Sequence record: SRR2962707_5123
DNA length: 55,681 nucleotides
Reading direction: 5' to 3' (one strand)
Shown: positions 9,589 to 17,869 of the stretch, in pieces
How the letters are laid out: each line of letters begins with the position of its first letter
How positions within the stretch are numbered: the stretch's first letter is position 1
The notes under the pieces: generated by a model
The model's database searches: none
The model's input: only the letters and a program-made list of their open reading frames with translations
Told to the model about the DNA's origin: nothing
Made by a program: the position numbers and the translations under genes

Positions 9589-10625
9589 GAAGAAGTCTAA
9601 TTTTATTGGTATGGGTAATGGCCTGCTCGTCTCCTCAGCAGAAACCAATTATTGTAGAGGAAGTAAGTCTTGGGGTAGAAACGAAAAGCGATTATCCCAT
9701 CTATCTGAGTGAATGGAAATTATTTCTTGAACCCATGAATGAGTTGATTCCGGCTTCAGAGCGAATGTTTCCATATGCAATCAACTCACCTCTCTTTTCA
9801 GATTATGCGCACAAAGCGCGTTTCATTCTGTTACCAGCTGATTCGACCATCGGATACAATCAAGAAGAAGTACTAGAGTTTCCAAAGGGAACAGTGCTGA
9901 TCAAGAATTTCTATTATCCCAGCGACTTCAGAGAAGAGAGTGGTAATCGACGCATATTGGAAACTCGTCTGTTGATCCATGAACCGGAAGGGTGGTGGGC
10001 TATCGCGTATGAGTGGAATGAAGAACAAACGGATGCTAAAAGATTGGTGCTAGGCAAGAAAGTTCCAGTTGAATGGACAGATGAACATGGCACCATACAG
10101 CGCATCAACTATGCTATCCCGGCTCAACCTCAATGCAAAAGCTGCCACGATTTGGGAGGCAAGATGACACCTATTGGGCCATCGGCTCGTCAGCTTAATC
10201 GAGATGGACAGTTGAGCAACTGGATATCGAATGGTTGGCTGAAGAAGGTCAGTGAAAATGAATTCCCCAAATTGGCCAATTACATGAATGAGAATGAAGT
10301 TCTTGATTCACGTGCACGCGCATGGCTCGAAGTGAATTGTGCGCATTGCCATAGGAGAGAGGGTCCGGCGAAAAATTCAGGATTATACCTCCTTGCTTCT
10401 CAAAATGATCCATATCGCTTAGGAGTGAATAAGCCACCAATAGCTGCGGGCAAAGGATCCGGAGGATTGCGACATGGCATTGTGCCGGGCAATCCGGATC
10501 AATCGATTCTGGTACATAGAATTGAATCCAAGGAGCCAGGCACTATGATGCCAGAGCTGGGTCGTAAAATGACCCATAAGGAAGGAGTAGAGTTGATTAG
10601 GGAGTGGATTGCACAGATGGATTGA
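9585..10625 (+). CDS. Diheme c-type cytochrome lipoprotein (SO2930/TIGR03806-like)
   Basis: CKSCH and CAHCH heme motifs, PLFSDYA.K.R, ETRLLIH, MMPELG; lipobox VMAC; ATGA overlap with the upstream gene. Confidence 0.88.
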   Translation: MRRSLILLVWVMACSSPQQKPIIVEEVSLGVETKSDYPIYLSEWKLFLEPMNELIPASERMFPYAINSPLFSDYAHKARFILLPADSTIGYNQEEVLEFPKGTVLIKNFYYPSDFREESGNRRILETRLLIHEPEGWWAIAYEWNEEQTDAKRLVLGKKVPVEWTDEHGTIQRINYAIPAQPQCKSCHDLGGKMTPIGPSARQLNRDGQLSNWISNGWLKKVSENEFPKLANYMNENEVLDSRARAWLEVNCAHCHRREGPAKNSGLYLLASQNDPYRLGVNKPPIAAGKGSGGLRHGIVPGNPDQSILVHRIESKEPGTMMPELGRKMTHKEGVELIREWIAQMD

Positions 10626-10919
10626 TTAAATAGTAATATTAGAAGGATTTTGCCTTGTGTCCCAAACTCTTAAAATTTGAATTTGGTCATCTGATACCCG
10701 ATAGAATATCCTGTAATCTCTCACCACTTTGGCTAATACATCACTATGGTTAGTCTGAACACCGATGTTTGGAAAGATTGAAATAATTAATGCAGACTTT
10801 TCGAATAACAATTCCAGCTTATCAGCGTATTGAGAGGATTTATTACGTTCTGTCCAGTATCTGTAAATATTAACACGATCCAAAACGGCCTTTGTAGTCC
10901 ATTTTACTTCCTTTGCCAT
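10626..10919 (-). CDS. RelE/ParE-family toxin
   Basis: 97 aa; VKWTTKA..D, FPNIG, YRIFY, ILRVWDTRQNP. Confidence 0.9.
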   Translation of the reverse strand: MAKEVKWTTKAVLDRVNIYRYWTERNKSSQYADKLELLFEKSALIISIFPNIGVQTNHSDVLAKVVRDYRIFYRVSDDQIQILRVWDTRQNPSNITI

Positions 10920-11134
10920 TCTTTGACCAGTTGTGACGACTCTGAATTTGAGTGTAGGTGGCCAGAATTAGCATCTAAGATTCCTTCATCAATAGCTTTT
11001 ATCTCTTCATTAGAAAGTTCAAGTGTATTGTCAATTTCATATTCCAGATCGATTGCTTTCATCAGTTCTTCAAGCAATTGAGGATCATTAATGTCATTGA
11101 TCTTATTGATGATTTTCTCTTTAATGCCAATCAT
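10904..11134 (-). CDS. Putative cognate antitoxin
   Basis: Small acidic ORF overlapping the toxin start; LSNEEIKAIDEG..D...G motif; start placed at ATG 11134. Confidence 0.8.
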   Translation of the reverse strand: MIGIKEKIINKINDINDPQLLEELMKAIDLEYEIDNTLELSNEEIKAIDEGILDANSGHLHSNSESSQLVKEWQRK

Positions 11135-11153
11135 TAGATTAAAATTAATCAAT

Positions 11154-12161
11154 TCAATTCATGGTTCTCTTCACATCCTCAAGAAATCGCTCAGGCTCAT
11201 CTACATAAATAGCCACATCCTGAAATTCCTTTTTGAACCCATAGAATCCCAAGATTGATTCTGGGCTTTTTAGCTTGATCAATACATTGTGTCCTTCAGC
11301 AGCCTGAAAAGGCGAAAGAAAAGTAATTCCTTCTTCTTTGGTTATCTCTTGTTTGTATGGTTTGATTTCTAGAATGTTGCTCCATTCAATGGCAGACTCA
11401 GCCATAATGCCATAACGAAGAATCAGTTGATCGGATTCAATAGCAATAGGCCGTTGACTTAGCGATTTGAGAATCCCTAAAACCTGAAATGCTGCATAAA
11501 CACTTAATGCTGTCATGATCCAGGCTGCTATAGTGCTCCATTGAAGAAGCAAGAGGTGTACAGCTACAGCCTCAACAAGGATGACGAATAGAAATACACC
11601 AAGCGTAATTCGGGTGCTGGTGCTACGATGATATGTGAATTCATTCTCAACTGTTTTTCGCTGCTTCCAGCTGATAAATCCGTAATAGAACATGGATAGT
11701 TCTGTTGCGAATAGAATACTAACACGAGGAGGCAGAAAGCTATTTCCAGCTTGTTTGGCAGCTGTAAAGAAATCAGCAACACCTGAATTTTCTCTTTTGA
11801 AAGCCTTTACGGCTTTTCTTATGGTGAAAATGAGATAGGTGATAATGGAAATCTCAACTACGGGCAAAATCCAGGTTTTGAATTGAGTGAGGTAATACTG
11901 ATGCTCAGTTGGTAGAATTATAGATGCAACAACAACCCCAACTATCAACACGGGAATGACAGTGGTCTTTGGAATCTTTCGTTTGAGTATAATGAAATAG
12001 TAGATCAGCGGGACAGTGAATAGCAAATCAAAGGTCATGGCTGTTGACAATTCTGTCGGATATTGAAGGAACATCTCTGAATTGGAGACAACTATACAGG
12101 CTATAATAATAGCCACTGGGATTAGAAACAATAGATTCCTGAATTGCAGTTGAAGTACCAT
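11154..12161 (-). CDS. Hypothetical multi-pass membrane protein
   Basis: 335-aa ORF with about six hydrophobic segments and a soluble C-terminal domain. Confidence 0.8.
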   Translation of the reverse strand: MVLQLQFRNLLFLIPVAIIIACIVVSNSEMFLQYPTELSTAMTFDLLFTVPLIYYFIILKRKIPKTTVIPVLIVGVVVASIILPTEHQYYLTQFKTWILPVVEISIITYLIFTIRKAVKAFKRENSGVADFFTAAKQAGNSFLPPRVSILFATELSMFYYGFISWKQRKTVENEFTYHRSTSTRITLGVFLFVILVEAVAVHLLLLQWSTIAAWIMTALSVYAAFQVLGILKSLSQRPIAIESDQLILRYGIMAESAIEWSNILEIKPYKQEITKEEGITFLSPFQAAEGHNVLIKLKSPESILGFYGFKKEFQDVAIYVDEPERFLEDVKRTMN

Positions 12162-12193
12162 AACAATATTTAGTTGTTTGCATGGTAGGTAAC

Positions 12194-12221
12194 AAAAAAG
12201 GGGTGTTTCTTACACCCCTTT
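12194..12221 (-). terminator. Intrinsic terminator after the BNR/VPS10 gene
   Basis: AAAGGGGTGT-ttctt-ACACCCCTTT stem with a U-tract on the minus strand. Confidence 0.8.
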
Positions 12222-12248
12222 CTATGTTTTATCAATGAAGATTAATAT

Positions 12249-15200
12249 TTACTCTTCAAGCTTTACCGCATCGATATTGGCTTCCTTCACCTTCTGGTTG
12301 AATTCATCGATACGTGCACCAAAAATCTCATTAAGCATATTCAATTGCTCATCAATTTTGGCTGTTACCTCATCGTAGAATGCTAAAGAAGAATCCGTAG
12401 GTCTGTAATTTCCAACTCCGGAAAGAGAGGCCAGGTGTCCCAACTTATTGTTCAATCGGATCGGAAAGTTCAAAGGATCCTGACCACTTTCATTTTGGGT
12501 CTGGTACAATGCCTTCTCGATTTCACCCATATCCTTGATGATTCCTTTGCCTAGCTTCTTCAGGTCTTCATTGTCCTCAACCTTTTTCAACACATCATTG
12601 ATTTGTGCCTTGGCTTTTCGGATATTGATGATACCTTCATGCGTCTCGGTCAATTTATCCCTCACTTTGATAAGGAAATCAAACTGTGCCTGATAGTCAG
12701 CTTGGGTGGCCTCTGCTCTTGGATCAGCCAGGACGTTAAACTCCTGAGTGGATTCTTTCCCATTCACAGTCATCTTGACGGTATAGGTTCCAGGCACAGC
12801 TGTCGGCCCACCTGTGGAAGCCCACCACAAGATCATGCCATCAAATCGCTTAGCCCCAGGATATTCCATGTCCCAATTCATGGTGTTAAATCCAGGTTTT
12901 ACCTCCAGCTTTTCATCTTTCTCTTTCTTGTTAGGATGAGTCGAGTACTTCACGATCTGGTTTCCTCCTGCCTCATGGAAGCTAATAGCAATCGTGTCAG
13001 TCTTTGCGGTATCCTGCACATGAAAGTTGACCAGCACACCACCCGGATGATTGGTTCCAGCAGTATTGTATGTTCTGCCATTGCCACCTCCCATGCGATA
13101 ACTATCCATTGGTTTATAGAGATAGTGCGAGTTGCCTTTTGATGTGGCCAATTGATGTAATGGAGTAAGGTCATCGATCATCCAGAAGCTTCGACCTTGT
13201 GTTGCTGCAATCAAGTTGTTATTCTTAATAGCAAGATCTGTAATTGGTACCAGAGGAAGGTTCATTTGGAATGGTTTCCAACTGGCACCATCGTCAAACG
13301 ATACGTACATGCCTGCTTCGGTACCAGCGTAGAGCAATCCTTTTTGATTAGGATCTGCCCGTACTACCCTGGTAAAATGCTCAGATGAAATACCATTGGT
13401 GATTTTTTTCCAGGAGTTTCCGTAATCCTCCGTTTTATAAAGGTAAGGGGCATAGTCTCCGGATTTGTATCGTGTTCCTGCGATATACATTCCTCCCTTG
13501 TTGAACGGATCAATTTCCACACTGTTGATCATCATCCATTCTGGCATGCCTGATGGGGTAACATTATTCCAGGTCTTGCCACCATCTCGCGTTACATGCA
13601 CCAACCCGTCATCTGAGCCTGTCCAGATCACATCTTCTTCATGATAGGATTCGGTCGCTGCGAAAATGGTGCAGTAATATTCCACACTTGTATTGTCCTT
13701 GGTAATCGGCCCACCGGAAGAACCCAGTTTGCTTGGGTCATTTCTTGTTAAGTCTGGACTGATGATTTCCCACGTCTGTCCTCCATTTGTTGTGACATGC
13801 AGATGGTTGGATGCCGTATATAACTTGTCAGGGTTGTGTGGAGAAAAGAAAATCGGGAAGTTCCACTGGAATCTGTATTTGAATCCTTCCGCACCATGTC
13901 CCATTGGATTATCTGGCCATACGTTGACTGCTCTTACCTGGTCATTCGCATGATCTACTCGAGTAAGGAACCCGTCATAGCTTCCTCCAAATACAACTTC
14001 GTTGTTATCTGGTTTTGGTGCAATGTGTGCACTTTCTCCTCCAGCAGTTGATTCCCAATCATTATCGCCAATAGAACGACCTCCTGTCCTGTGCCTGATC
14101 CGAACCGTTGAATTGTCCTGTTGAGCACCATAGATACGATAAGGGAAGGAATCATCTGTCACGACTCTATAGAATTGAGCTGTAGGCTGGTTGTTGTAAG
14201 TAGACCAGTTTTCTCCTCCATCGAAACTCACCTGAGCACCACCATCGTCACCTATAACCATGCGTTGATTGTCTTCCGGAGCGATCCAGAAGTCATGGTG
14301 ATCACCATGCGGAGCATTGTAGGTTTCAAATGTCCTCCCTCCGTCAGTGGATTTATGGTAGCGTACATTCATGACATACACACCGTCTTCATCCTGCGTG
14401 TCAGCATAGATGCGCGTGTAGTACCAAGCCCTTTGGCGTAGGTTACGCTCTTTGTTTACAAGTCTCCAGGTTTTGCCAGCATCATCAGAGCGATAGACTC
14501 CTCCGTCTTTGTTTTCAATGATTGCCCAAACTCGGTTAGAGTTAACAGGTGAAACAGTCACTCCTGAGATTCCCCAGATACCGCCAGGTAGTCCTTCATT
14601 TTTGGAAATATTGGTCCAGGTATCGCCTCCATCGGTACTCTTCCATAGTGCAGAGCCATCACCACCACTTTCCAGGCTGTATGGCGTTCTTCTTATTCTC
14701 CAGGTAGAGGCATAGAGGATTCGTGGGTTATTTGGATCGAAGGTCAGATCAACTGCTCCGGCATCCGCATTTGCGTAAAGAATACGTTCCCATGTTTTGC
14801 CACCATCCTTGCTTCGATATACTCCTCGTTCTGTCGAGCTTTTATACAAATCGCCCATAACTGCTGCATATACCAGATCCGGGTTTTTCGGATGAATACG
14901 GATTCGTGGAATATGTCTCGAATTAGTTAGGCCAATTTCTTCCCAGGTAGTTCCAGCATCTACAGACTTCCACATGCCATATCCGGACGAGACATTACCT
15001 CTCACAGTGACTTCACCGCCTCCAACATAAATGACATTGTTGTCCCATTCACTTACAGCCACAGCTCCAATGGAACCACCAAAAAAGCCATCAGAGATGT
15101 TAATCCAGGTGTTTCCGCCATCTTTGGTTCTCCATACACCACCACCGGTTGCACCCATGTAGTATAAGTTTGGCTGACCAGGAACACCAGTTACAGCGGC

Positions 15201-15365
15201 AGACCTTCCACCTCTGAAAGGCCCAACCAAACGCCATTGCATCCCATCATAAAGTTTACTATCGTAAGAAACGGTAGGGTTTGATGCATTGCCTTTCCTT
15301 CGTTGCGCTTCGCCTTCGAATACAATTAAGGAAACAAATAGGAGTGTAATAAGTATTTTCTTCAT
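12249..15365 (-). CDS. Secreted BNR/Asp-box (VPS10-like) beta-propeller protein, putative glycosyl hydrolase
   Basis: Signal peptide; about 11 S/T-x-D-G-G-x-T-W-like repeats; WRLVGPFRGGR start; helical C-terminus. Confidence 0.9.
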   Translation of the reverse strand: MKKILITLLFVSLIVFEGEAQRRKGNASNPTVSYDSKLYDGMQWRLVGPFRGGRSAAVTGVPGQPNLYYMGATGGGVWRTKDGGNTWINISDGFFGGSIGAVAVSEWDNNVIYVGGGEVTVRGNVSSGYGMWKSVDAGTTWEEIGLTNSRHIPRIRIHPKNPDLVYAAVMGDLYKSSTERGVYRSKDGGKTWERILYANADAGAVDLTFDPNNPRILYASTWRIRRTPYSLESGGDGSALWKSTDGGDTWTNISKNEGLPGGIWGISGVTVSPVNSNRVWAIIENKDGGVYRSDDAGKTWRLVNKERNLRQRAWYYTRIYADTQDEDGVYVMNVRYHKSTDGGRTFETYNAPHGDHHDFWIAPEDNQRMVIGDDGGAQVSFDGGENWSTYNNQPTAQFYRVVTDDSFPYRIYGAQQDNSTVRIRHRTGGRSIGDNDWESTAGGESAHIAPKPDNNEVVFGGSYDGFLTRVDHANDQVRAVNVWPDNPMGHGAEGFKYRFQWNFPIFFSPHNPDKLYTASNHLHVTTNGGQTWEIISPDLTRNDPSKLGSSGGPITKDNTSVEYYCTIFAATESYHEEDVIWTGSDDGLVHVTRDGGKTWNNVTPSGMPEWMMINSVEIDPFNKGGMYIAGTRYKSGDYAPYLYKTEDYGNSWKKITNGISSEHFTRVVRADPNQKGLLYAGTEAGMYVSFDDGASWKPFQMNLPLVPITDLAIKNNNLIAATQGRSFWMIDDLTPLHQLATSKGNSHYLYKPMDSYRMGGGNGRTYNTAGTNHPGGVLVNFHVQDTAKTDTIAISFHEAGGNQIVKYSTHPNKKEKDEKLEVKPGFNTMNWDMEYPGAKRFDGMILWWASTGGPTAVPGTYTVKMTVNGKESTQEFNVLADPRAEATQADYQAQFDFLIKVRDKLTETHEGIINIRKAKAQINDVLKKVEDNEDLKKLGKGIIKDMGEIEKALYQTQNESGQDPLNFPIRLNNKLGHLASLSGVGNYRPTDSSLAFYDEVTAKIDEQLNMLNEIFGARIDEFNQKVKEANIDAVKLEE

Positions 15366-15527
15366 ATCTTATAGGTTATAGTATCCTGAAATTAATCATT
15401 AATCGAATGGATTAGTTATCAACCTACATTAGAGGTTGTTAATTTGTTTAGAAGGAATATGAATTCAGATCAGTCTATTTAATTTTATCCTTTCAATTGA
15501 AATGACAGACGTTAACCGCCCGAAGTA

Positions 15528-16139
15528 GTGAGCAAAGAAGAGTTTTCACCATTACACATGGAGATCGTGGAGGACATGATCATTGAGTCGTTGGATAAAG
15601 CAGCGACTTCAATGGAGCAAATGCTTCGCATTAGAGTGAAACCAAAAATCACTGGCTTTGGTCTTGGACCGATCCGAAGAATCAAGGAATTTGATGAGTT
15701 GGGCCGATTCAAGGTGAACCTGATGAAAGTGGCCTTCCGTGGTGAGATCAATGGAGCGCTTTACTTCGTGATCAACAACCATGAAATGGATTTGATCAAC
15801 CAGACACACCTTCCTGAAAGTGTCATCTCTACTCGAAATTCGCAGGCAAAAATGATGAAGCATGATTTCATGTCTGAGATTGAAAATCTGATTGCCAATC
15901 AATCCATTGCCGCCCTTTCGGAATTTTTGGGTGTTCAGGTCATTGGGGAGGTACCTATCATTCGAAACATGAGAGGCGATTTGGTCAACGAATATCTTGG
16001 AAATGAAAATGAGCAGATCAATACCCAATTCTACGTCAAATCCACTTTGAATGGCATGGTGGTAAATATTGCCCCTCACTTCATTTGGCTGATCGATGAA
16101 AATTTCATGCGAATCTCCAGACTGAATATTGTCACATGA
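15528..16139 (+). CDS. CheC/CheX-like protein (orphan); start uncertain
   Basis: Two-repeat pattern KAATSMEQML and EIENLIANQSIAALSEFLG...P; E-x-x-N only in the second repeat. Confidence 0.65.
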   Translation: MSKEEFSPLHMEIVEDMIIESLDKAATSMEQMLRIRVKPKITGFGLGPIRRIKEFDELGRFKVNLMKVAFRGEINGALYFVINNHEMDLINQTHLPESVISTRNSQAKMMKHDFMSEIENLIANQSIAALSEFLGVQVIGEVPIIRNMRGDLVNEYLGNENEQINTQFYVKSTLNGMVVNIAPHFIWLIDENFMRISRLNIVT

Positions 16140-16532
16140 TTAATCTTTACTGAACTTCATTGCCGCTGAGTTCATGCAATAGCGCTGACCACTAGGTTGA
16201 GGCCCATCAGGGAAGATATGGCCCAAATGCCCCCCACACTGTCCACACTTTACTTCGGTTCTCACCATTCCAAACGACTTGTCTTTTTCAAATTCTACTG
16301 CATCGGCTGAAATGGGATCCCAGAAGCTTGGCCAGCCTGAGCCAGATTCGTACTTCGTTTCCGACGAATACAAGTCATTTCCACATGCAGCACATTGATA
16401 GACTCCTTTCTCCTTATTCTCCAACAATGCGCCTGTCCAGGGACGCTCCGTTCCCTTTTCTCTCAAGACATGGTATTGCTCATCCGTTAATTCTTTTTTC
16501 CACTCTTCTTCTGATTTGGTGATCTTTTTCAT
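16140..16532 (-). CDS. msrB: Peptide-methionine (R)-S-oxide reductase, cytoplasmic
   Basis: GTERPW, CAAC/CGQC, GSGWPSF, HLGHIF, RYCMNS; no signal peptide. Confidence 0.95.
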   Translation of the reverse strand: MKKITKSEEEWKKELTDEQYHVLREKGTERPWTGALLENKEKGVYQCAACGNDLYSSETKYESGSGWPSFWDPISADAVEFEKDKSFGMVRTEVKCGQCGGHLGHIFPDGPQPSGQRYCMNSAAMKFSKD

Positions 16533-16667
16533 CGATTTTTCAGTTTAATACCAAATGTGTAAATGGCTGCTTAGACGTGCAATTTCCCATTCATCAAATA
16601 ATTGTAAATAAACGCAACTAAGTAAGTCAAATTTGCGCTTGAAAGTTTCAAACCTGATCAGGATTCA

Positions 16668-17858
16668 ATGAATAAAAGACAAATTATCATCACGATTGTA
16701 GCGGTAGGTATTGTGCTGTCATCAGTGGTGCTCAATAAATTTTTAGCCTCTTTGAAGAAGGAGCCTGAAGTTCGTAAGCAAGTGGCTGCCAGAAAGTTGG
16801 TTTCCACAGCGCCTGTTAGCTATAAGGACCTGAATACGAATGTGATTACTTATGGCCGGGTAGAAAATGCTCAATCATTGGATCTGATATCAGAAGTTGC
16901 CGGTAGAATGACTGAAGGTATCCGCCTTAAAGAAGGTCAGAAGTTCGACAAAGGCCATCTGATTTTCAGTATAGATGATGAAGAAGCTTCATTGAACCTT
17001 AAATCTCAAAAAAGTAATTTCTTGCGTGATCTGGCTGGTATTCTTCCTGATCTGAAAGTTGACTTTTCTTCAAACTTCGATGCTTGGCAGGAGTATTTCA
17101 ATAAGCTGAACATCAATAAATCATTTCCTGAACTACCGGAAACCAAATCGAGTAAGGAAAAGACATTTCTTGCTACCAGGGGCATCTATTCATCATTCTA
17201 TTCCATTAAAAGTGCAGAAGCACGACTGGAGAAATACAGGTACTATGCGCCTTTTGCAGGAAGTATCATGGAAGTGGCCATGCAATCGGGTTCATTTGTC
17301 AATCCCGGAACCAGAATAGGAAGAATTCTTCGATCAGGAGCTTATGAAATGAAGGCCAGTGTGGAAACCAGGGACATTCCCTGGATTAATGTGGGATCGC
17401 CTGTTGAGATTTATTCCAAAGAATCGCAGCTCTATTGGCAAGGGGAGATTTCACGCATCAGTGATTATGTAAATCCAAATACACAATCCGTTGACATTTT
17501 CATCGCCATATTTCCCAATGGACAGAAAATCTATGACGGCCAGTTCTTTCAGGCAGCCATTCCGGCCAGGACTATCAAAGACGGCATGGTGATGCCAAGA
17601 AATGCCATCTATAATGGCAATGAAGTGTTTGTACTTCAGGATAGTGTCCTGAAGAAGAAAAGCATCAATTTGATCAGATTATCAGAAGAGGATGCGATTT
17701 TTAATGGCCTTGCAGAAGGAGAGGATCTGGTTGTTGAGCCATTGTTAGGAGCTTACAACAACATGAAAGCTTTCAAACGTGATGAGAAAGACATTGACCT
17801 TGAAACCAAGGTGGACTCCAAGGTTTCAGTTTCGGACGGGAACGCGGCAACTAATTAA
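16668..17858 (+). CDS. RND efflux periplasmic adaptor
   Basis: N-terminal anchor, SEVAGR...G and APFAGSI...GSFVNPG lipoyl halves; precedes the permease. Confidence 0.9.
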   Translation: MNKRQIIITIVAVGIVLSSVVLNKFLASLKKEPEVRKQVAARKLVSTAPVSYKDLNTNVITYGRVENAQSLDLISEVAGRMTEGIRLKEGQKFDKGHLIFSIDDEEASLNLKSQKSNFLRDLAGILPDLKVDFSSNFDAWQEYFNKLNINKSFPELPETKSSKEKTFLATRGIYSSFYSIKSAEARLEKYRYYAPFAGSIMEVAMQSGSFVNPGTRIGRILRSGAYEMKASVETRDIPWINVGSPVEIYSKESQLYWQGEISRISDYVNPNTQSVDIFIAIFPNGQKIYDGQFFQAAIPARTIKDGMVMPRNAIYNGNEVFVLQDSVLKKKSINLIRLSEEDAIFNGLAEGEDLVVEPLLGAYNNMKAFKRDEKDIDLETKVDSKVSVSDGNAATN

Positions 17859-17869
17859 AATTCAGAAGG

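Noticed and set aside
12249-15365. Recurrent CCACC/CCATC-rich words resembling a DNA repeat array
   Set aside because: They encode Asp-box protein repeats; there is no fixed repeat-spacer structure, so not CRISPR.
593-16532. Selenocysteine in the MsrB genes
   Set aside because: Both have ordinary Cys codons at RYC and no in-frame TGA.
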